Positions 59,220 to 64,000 of a stretch of 64,000 nucleotides of DNA are shown here, in pieces. A program made the position numbers and the translations under genes. Position 1 is the stretch's first letter, and every line of letters starts with the position of its first letter. Origin of the DNA: an uncultured Blautia sp. (lineage in GTDB: Bacteria > Bacillota > Clostridia > Lachnospirales > Lachnospiraceae); the NCBI GenBank assembly GCA_944380235.1, contig CALWHD010000097.1, positions 28,641 to 92,640 of the forward strand, written 5' to 3'. Under the pieces are notes generated by a model, which saw only the letters and a program-made list of their open reading frames with translations, was not told the DNA's origin and did not search any database.

Positions 59220-60715
59220 CAGCATTCTCCTCCTTTCTTTCTCCTTAACTTTATCTGCTCCTCTTTCCGTGCATATAAGGGACGTTTTCTCAGACTCCAC
59301 AAAGGCATGCGCAGAATGCTGTCATCCTCTCCCCGGTATCCCTGGCGGTTCTGCGCTGCAAAGGGCGCAAGATAAGGAATCCCAAAACTTTCCAGCCCTG
59401 CCAGATGACTGACAGTAAGATACAATCCCAGCAAAATTCCAAACATCCCCATAGTTCCTCCCAGGATAATAAAACCAAACTTCAAAAGCCGGAATGGCGC
59501 AGAAAATTCCTGACTGGGTATCACAAGGGAGCATAATGCTGTAACTGCCACCACCACCACTGTAATAGGGCTTACCAGATTGGCAGTAACTGCCGCCTGT
59601 CCCACGATCAGCCCTCCTACAATGCCGATAGTTCCTCCCAAAGGCCCCGGCATGCGCACGCCCGCCTCCCGTATGGTCTCAAAAGCTGTTTCCATCAGCA
59701 GGATTTCCAGTATTCCCGGAAACGGCACCCCCTGGCTTGCCTGAGAAAAGGAAAGAATCAGGTTTGTAGGCAGAACCTGGGTGTGAAAATTTGTCATAGC
59801 CAGGTACAGCCCGGAAAACAGCATGGTGAATGCTACTGCCGCATATCGGAGAAAGCGCTGGAAGGACACAATTTCAAACCTGTTATAGCTGTCTTCACTG
59901 ACCTGCAGGAAATCATTGAAGGCCGCTGGCAGAAGCAGTCCTTCGGGGGAATGATCACAGAGCAGAAGAATTCTTCCATTTAAAATTTCCATAGCACATT
60001 TATCCGGCCGTTCTGTGCTCTGAAACTGCGGAAAGGGAGAAAGCCAGTGTTTTTCTGTAAGCTGTTCCACCACCCCTCCATCCAGAACCCCGTCTATGAC
60101 AAAGCTGTCCAAATGACTTTCTATGGCTTCCAGTATCCCGGGGCGCACCAGATCTTCCATATATAAAAGCTGGACCAGGGTCCTGCTCCTGCTGCCCAGT
60201 GTTTTCTCTTTTACCTTCAGTCTTGTATCCCGGATTCTTTTTCTTACCAGGGCAGAATTTGTCTTCACAGAATCAGTAAAACTTTCCTTTGATCCCCGCA
60301 GCACTTTTTCCCGGCTGGGTTCTGACACACTTAAATTCGGATAGCCTTTGCTGGATATCTTGACAGCCTTTGTATAGCCGTCAAAGAAAAAAACCGCATT
60401 TCCTGCCAGCATGGCGGCCATGGCATCTTCCATGTTTTCCAGTGTTTTCACATCTGAGATTCCCAGTCCGTTGGTACGGACAAATTCCAGGATTTCTTCC
60501 GGGGACATCTGCCACATGTGGTTTACCAGCTTTCCCACCACAGAATCCTCCAGCATCATGTTGCTTACTGCCACTTCTATATAAACTACCAGACAGCGTA
60601 TCTTTCTTTCTTCCCCCAGCGTCATGGGACGGATAATGCAGTCATCACAGTTTTTCAGCCGCTCTCTTATATAGGCTTCATTTTTTTCTATTTCAGAATA
60701 GATCACATCGCTCAT
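59219..60715 (-). CDS. Spore germination receptor A subunit (GerAA/GerKA family)
   Basis: EKVLRGSKESF, SPFPQ..TERPD, GVPFP, EAGVRMP, GIVGGLIVGQAAV, SFGIPYLAP. Confidence 0.96.
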   Translation of the reverse strand: MSDVIYSEIEKNEAYIRERLKNCDDCIIRPMTLGEERKIRCLVVYIEVAVSNMMLEDSVVGKLVNHMWQMSPEEILEFVRTNGLGISDVKTLENMEDAMAAMLAGNAVFFFDGYTKAVKISSKGYPNLSVSEPSREKVLRGSKESFTDSVKTNSALVRKRIRDTRLKVKEKTLGSRSRTLVQLLYMEDLVRPGILEAIESHLDSFVIDGVLDGGVVEQLTEKHWLSPFPQFQSTERPDKCAMEILNGRILLLCDHSPEGLLLPAAFNDFLQVSEDSYNRFEIVSFQRFLRYAAVAFTMLFSGLYLAMTNFHTQVLPTNLILSFSQASQGVPFPGILEILLMETAFETIREAGVRMPGPLGGTIGIVGGLIVGQAAVTANLVSPITVVVVAVTALCSLVIPSQEFSAPFRLLKFGFIILGGTMGMFGILLGLYLTVSHLAGLESFGIPYLAPFAAQNRQGYRGEDDSILRMPLWSLRKRPLYARKEEQIKLRRKKGGEC

Positions 60716-60732
60716 GGAACTCCTCCTTTTCC

Positions 60733-60769
60733 GGCAGCAGACGGCTCTCTTCGCACATCATCTGTTGCC
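60733..60769. repeat. Palindromic intergenic element, copy 3
   Basis: GGCAGCAGACGG-N13-TCATCTGTTGCC. Confidence 0.5.
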
Positions 60770-60775
60770 ATAAAC

Positions 60776-60817
60776 AAAAAAGAAGTATATGATTTTTTCT
60801 GTCATATACCTCTTCTT
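60776..60817 (-). terminator. Probable terminator of ispE-gntR
   Basis: Minus strand GAGGTATATGA-loop-TCATATACTTC-TTTTTT. Confidence 0.6.
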
Positions 60818-60896
60818 ATTATTTTCAGTTTCTTCCATTCTATTCTGTTTTCAGAGTAAATCCGGCCCTCTTTAGCGTCACGGACTGCTCTGCGCC

Positions 60897-61556
60897 CTAG
60901 TTCAGGCTGCGGATAATAGCTTTTTGCTGATTATCGATATGTTCTCTGATACATTTCAGAGCTTTCTTTTCATCTCTCTCCCTCAAAGCCTGGCAGATGG
61001 CGCCGTGCTCCTCTGCGAGAGTCCTTCTCACTGCGATATCTTTTAAATATTCCATACGGTAGCGGTACATCTGCTCTCTTAAATTATTCAGCAGCTGTAC
61101 CAGGCGCTTGTTATTGGTCGCCTGATAAATCGCTTCATGAAATTCCACATCCACTTCTGCAAGCTCTGTGAGATTTCCCTCTTCTGTCAGCTTCTTAAAA
61201 TGAGCTTCTATCTCTTCCAGATGCTGGATCTCCTCTTTCGTGATCCTTTCGCAGGCAAGGCTGACGGCAAGGACCTCCATTCCCTTTCTTACTTCCAGGA
61301 CATCATTCAGATCTCTCTCTGTAATGGATGCTACCTTTGCGCCTTTTCTGGGCGCCATGACTACCAGACCTTCCAGCTCCAGCTTCCTGATCGCTTCCCG
61401 GATAGGCGTCCTGCTCACGCCCAGACGCTCTGCCAGCGCGATCTCCATCAGACGTTCTCCCGGCTTTAATTCTCCCTTCAGGATTGCCCTGCGCAGAGTA
61501 TTAAATACCACATCTCTCAGCGGAAGATATTCATCCATATGCATTTCCAATTCCAA
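60897..61556 (-). CDS. GntR-family (FCD) transcriptional regulator
   Basis: LKPGERL..LAERLGVSRTPIREA, DVEFH...NKRL, EEH...H. Confidence 0.94.
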   Translation of the reverse strand: MELEMHMDEYLPLRDVVFNTLRRAILKGELKPGERLMEIALAERLGVSRTPIREAIRKLELEGLVVMAPRKGAKVASITERDLNDVLEVRKGMEVLAVSLACERITKEEIQHLEEIEAHFKKLTEEGNLTELAEVDVEFHEAIYQATNNKRLVQLLNNLREQMYRYRMEYLKDIAVRRTLAEEHGAICQALRERDEKKALKCIREHIDNQQKAIIRSLN

Positions 61557-61559
61557 AAT

Positions 61560-62432
61560 TTACTTCCTCCTTCCTCCGTTGTTAAAAACGGTCGTGAGAA
61601 ACACCGTCTTTGCCAGACGGCTTTCTCTCAGTGCTTCACAGGCATATTCTGCCATCTGTCTGTCATCAAACAAGCCGAAAACCGTAGGACCGCTGCCGCT
61701 CATCATGGCATTTAAAGCCCCGTGTTCTTTCATATGATTCTTGATTTCCTCTATAACAGGATATCTGGGAATGGTCACTGTCTCCAGCACATTCCCCATC
61801 AGATCTGCCAGTTTATTTAAATTATGCCATTGAATCGCCTCCAGCATTCTGTCAATAGGAGGATGCTCCTTTAGTTCATTGGCATGCAGGTTCTCATATA
61901 CAAACTTGGTGGACACACTGATCCCCGGCTTTCCGATCAGAACATAACAGTCCGGACATGCCGGCAGCGCTCTCAGTTTTTCACCGATTCCCTCTGCCAG
62001 AGCGGTTCCTCTCAGCAGGCAGTAGGGCACATCCGCTCCAACTTTGACTCCGCGCTCCATTAACTCCTTTACGGAAAGTCCAAGCTGAAACAGACGGTTC
62101 ACTCCTATCATTGCAGCAGCAGCGTCAGAACTTCCCCCTGCCATCCCCGCCGCAACAGGAATAAACTTCTGCAGATTCACGCAAAGTCCCTGCTCCACGT
62201 GAAATTCATCCATCAGAAGCTTCGCCGCCTTATAAACCAGGTTATTCTCATTTGTTGGGACAAAGGGAAGATTGGTGGTGATATGGATTCCAGCCTCTTC
62301 ACTGATCTCCATCTCCAGCTGGTCATACATGTTAATTGTCTGCATGATCATACGCAGCTCATGATAACCATCCTCTCTCTTTCTCACCACATCCAGACCC
62401 AGATTAATCTTTGCCAGTGCTCTAAGCCTCAT
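61560..62432 (-). CDS. ispE: 4-diphosphocytidyl-2-C-methyl-D-erythritol kinase
   Basis: AKINLGL, DGYHEL, KFIPVAAGMAGGSSDAA, GADVP, MSGSGPTVF. Confidence 0.97.
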   Translation of the reverse strand: MRLRALAKINLGLDVVRKREDGYHELRMIMQTINMYDQLEMEISEEAGIHITTNLPFVPTNENNLVYKAAKLLMDEFHVEQGLCVNLQKFIPVAAGMAGGSSDAAAAMIGVNRLFQLGLSVKELMERGVKVGADVPYCLLRGTALAEGIGEKLRALPACPDCYVLIGKPGISVSTKFVYENLHANELKEHPPIDRMLEAIQWHNLNKLADLMGNVLETVTIPRYPVIEEIKNHMKEHGALNAMMSGSGPTVFGLFDDRQMAEYACEALRESRLAKTVFLTTVFNNGGRRK

Positions 62433-62714
62433 GTATTCTCCTCTTTTCTTGTACTTGGTATACAATATCCATTTTTATCCAATTCGGTTTTCCCTGCATA
62501 AATACAGGATTTTCTGACTTTCCTATGAATATAACCGTATTTTGTACATTGTATTCGTATTAATACATCTATTCTATATGAAAAAAACATTTTTTTCAAC
62601 TGAAAAAATCGCTCGTAGGAATTTCCCCACAGACAAAAAACCGGAAGCTGTCTGAAGAGCTTCCGCACCTTGCTTCTGCTCTTCAAACAGCCTCCGGCTC
62701 TCTATGCAGGATTA

Positions 62715-64000
62715 CTACTGTTCCACTTCTTTCATCAGGATCAGTGTATCATATGGTCTGATTTCTTCTGTCTCCATACTGTTCAGCTGCATGATATTCT
62801 CTATAGTAGTATAAAATTTCTTGGCAATATCCCACAGACAGTCTCCGGGCTGGACCTGATAGCCCACGATTCCCGGCATTTCCTTCAGTTTTTCTCTGTC
62901 AAGCTCATGTTCTTCCACAGCACGTATCACCCCTGTCTCTGTCTGCTTCAGCACCAGAGCATTCAGGTTTATGACTGCCTTGATCTCAATCTCATCACTG
63001 TCGATCATAGTGGTAGAAAGCTGTTCCAGATCCGCGCGCAGATGATAGACACAATTCTCTCCGATTCCCTCTGCTTCGATCACATGGCTGAACGGTATCA
63101 TGGTTTCCATGGAATAGAAGGGCATCTCGTCATCTCCGATAATATACAGTATCCGCACCTGTACGATCCCTTCCGCCAGAATTCCGTTTTCTACGATCCT
63201 CGTCTCATCTATCTTCACATTTCCGTCACTGTGACAGATCTGCAGGATTTTCCCCTGGGTGTTCTCCGCTTTCACCCGGTCATTGACCCTGCACTTAGAA
63301 AAGTTTTTTACAAGAAGGCTGGAAAGCTTCTGTTTCTCTCTCACTGCTTCACAGTCCTTCAAAGGAGTATAAATATCCAGAAGCAGGGAAATTTCTTCTT
63401 CCTGATAAATCTTCATCTCCAGCTCCAGAACTGCCTCTACTCCTATGATCCGCTCCTCACCGTCATCATCCTGCCTCACCTTCAGATCACTCTGGGGCAT
63501 GGAAACGTCCACATTCGGAAGCATATCAGAGGAACAGCCTGTGCACTCCATTTCCTGATAAAAGGGGATCGACTGCTCCAGCCACTGGAGGGAATTTGTC
63601 TCATCATTCCCCCGGTAAAGCGCAAATAAAAACAACTCACCTTTTACCGCAATCCTGTCGTTTTCGGCTCTTATATCCAGTCCTCTTACTTCCACAGTAT
63701 CCCAGAGAAGCTCAAAGATATCCGGCTTATTGGATGCCAAAGTCACATCTTTTTTTATCCGCATGGTATCCTTTTTATGTACTGCCACTCCCATAATGGA
63801 AATGTCCTGCTTTTTCTGGGAAATTTCTTCTTCTCCCACAGCTACAGGCAGATCCAGCTCCTGCATCTCCTCCACATAAGCGCTGAAGGTAACCAAAGCT
63901 TTAATATTCAGTTTTCTGGAGTGTATCATCTGCACGCTCAGATCTTCCATATCCCATTTCAGCTGGACCTTGTCGCCTGTCTCCAGCCCTTCCAGATTAA
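62715..64000 (-). CDS. SPOCS/DUF3794 + LysM spore coat morphogenetic protein (SipL-like), 5'-truncated by the window edge
   Basis: Repeated beta-rich SPOCS-like segments, C-terminal LysM (YQVQPGDCLWDIAKKF); typical clostridial position upstream of ispE. Confidence 0.87.
   Translation of the reverse strand, partial: NLEGLETGDKVQLKWDMEDLSVQMIHSRKLNIKALVTFSAYVEEMQELDLPVAVGEEEISQKKQDISIMGVAVHKKDTMRIKKDVTLASNKPDIFELLWDTVEVRGLDIRAENDRIAVKGELFLFALYRGNDETNSLQWLEQSIPFYQEMECTGCSSDMLPNVDVSMPQSDLKVRQDDDGEERIIGVEAVLELEMKIYQEEEISLLLDIYTPLKDCEAVREKQKLSSLLVKNFSKCRVNDRVKAENTQGKILQICHSDGNVKIDETRIVENGILAEGIVQVRILYIIGDDEMPFYSMETMIPFSHVIEAEGIGENCVYHLRADLEQLSTTMIDSDEIEIKAVINLNALVLKQTETGVIRAVEEHELDREKLKEMPGIVGYQVQPGDCLWDIAKKFYTTIENIMQLNSMETEEIRPYDTLILMKEVEQ

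Noticed and set aside
60817-60845. Sigma-G-like promoter (GAATA-N17-AATAATA) for gerA
   Set aside because: Plausible but degenerate, and it sits immediately upstream of a terminator-like hairpin; not supportable without TSS data.

Overview
Core-chromosome segment of a spore-forming Lachnospiraceae-like (Blautia-like) Bacillota genome; the taxon is inferred from gene content and protein style. Most genes lie on the minus strand. No transposase, integrase, prophage block, rRNA or CRISPR array is visible. In order, the window holds: the 3' part of a hybrid sensor kinase; two alpha/beta hydrolases, a nicotinamidase-like hydrolase and a MATE pump; tRNA-Lys(CTT); trmB; a nine-gene V/A-type ATPase operon whose catalytic A gene has an in-frame TAA; the pstSCAB-phoU-phoB-phoR phosphate operon, preceded by an ~890 bp intergenic region with Pho-box-like repeats and a dense DnaA-box cluster; galK; a duplicated-domain lipoprotein; DUF885; an orphan FabT-like regulator with its operator; queT under a preQ1-I riboswitch; an HD hydrolase; glgP; ileS under a T-box; a DD-carboxypeptidase; MBL, glyoxalase and aldo-keto reductase genes; an alpha-galactoside utilisation locus; a second MATE; a class B PBP next to an exported trigger-factor-like lipoprotein; murI; and a sporulation/germination cluster (spoIIR, fused gerB-gerC, gerA, gntR, ispE, sipL-like). 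The best leads are the ntpA nonsense codon, the DnaA-box cluster flanked by Pho-like boxes, the GerB-GerC fusion, the exported trigger factor, two small ORFs missing from the ORF track and a small palindromic repeat family. All family assignments come from motif recognition, not database searches, and I cannot establish from the sequence alone that any of these is truly undescribed.
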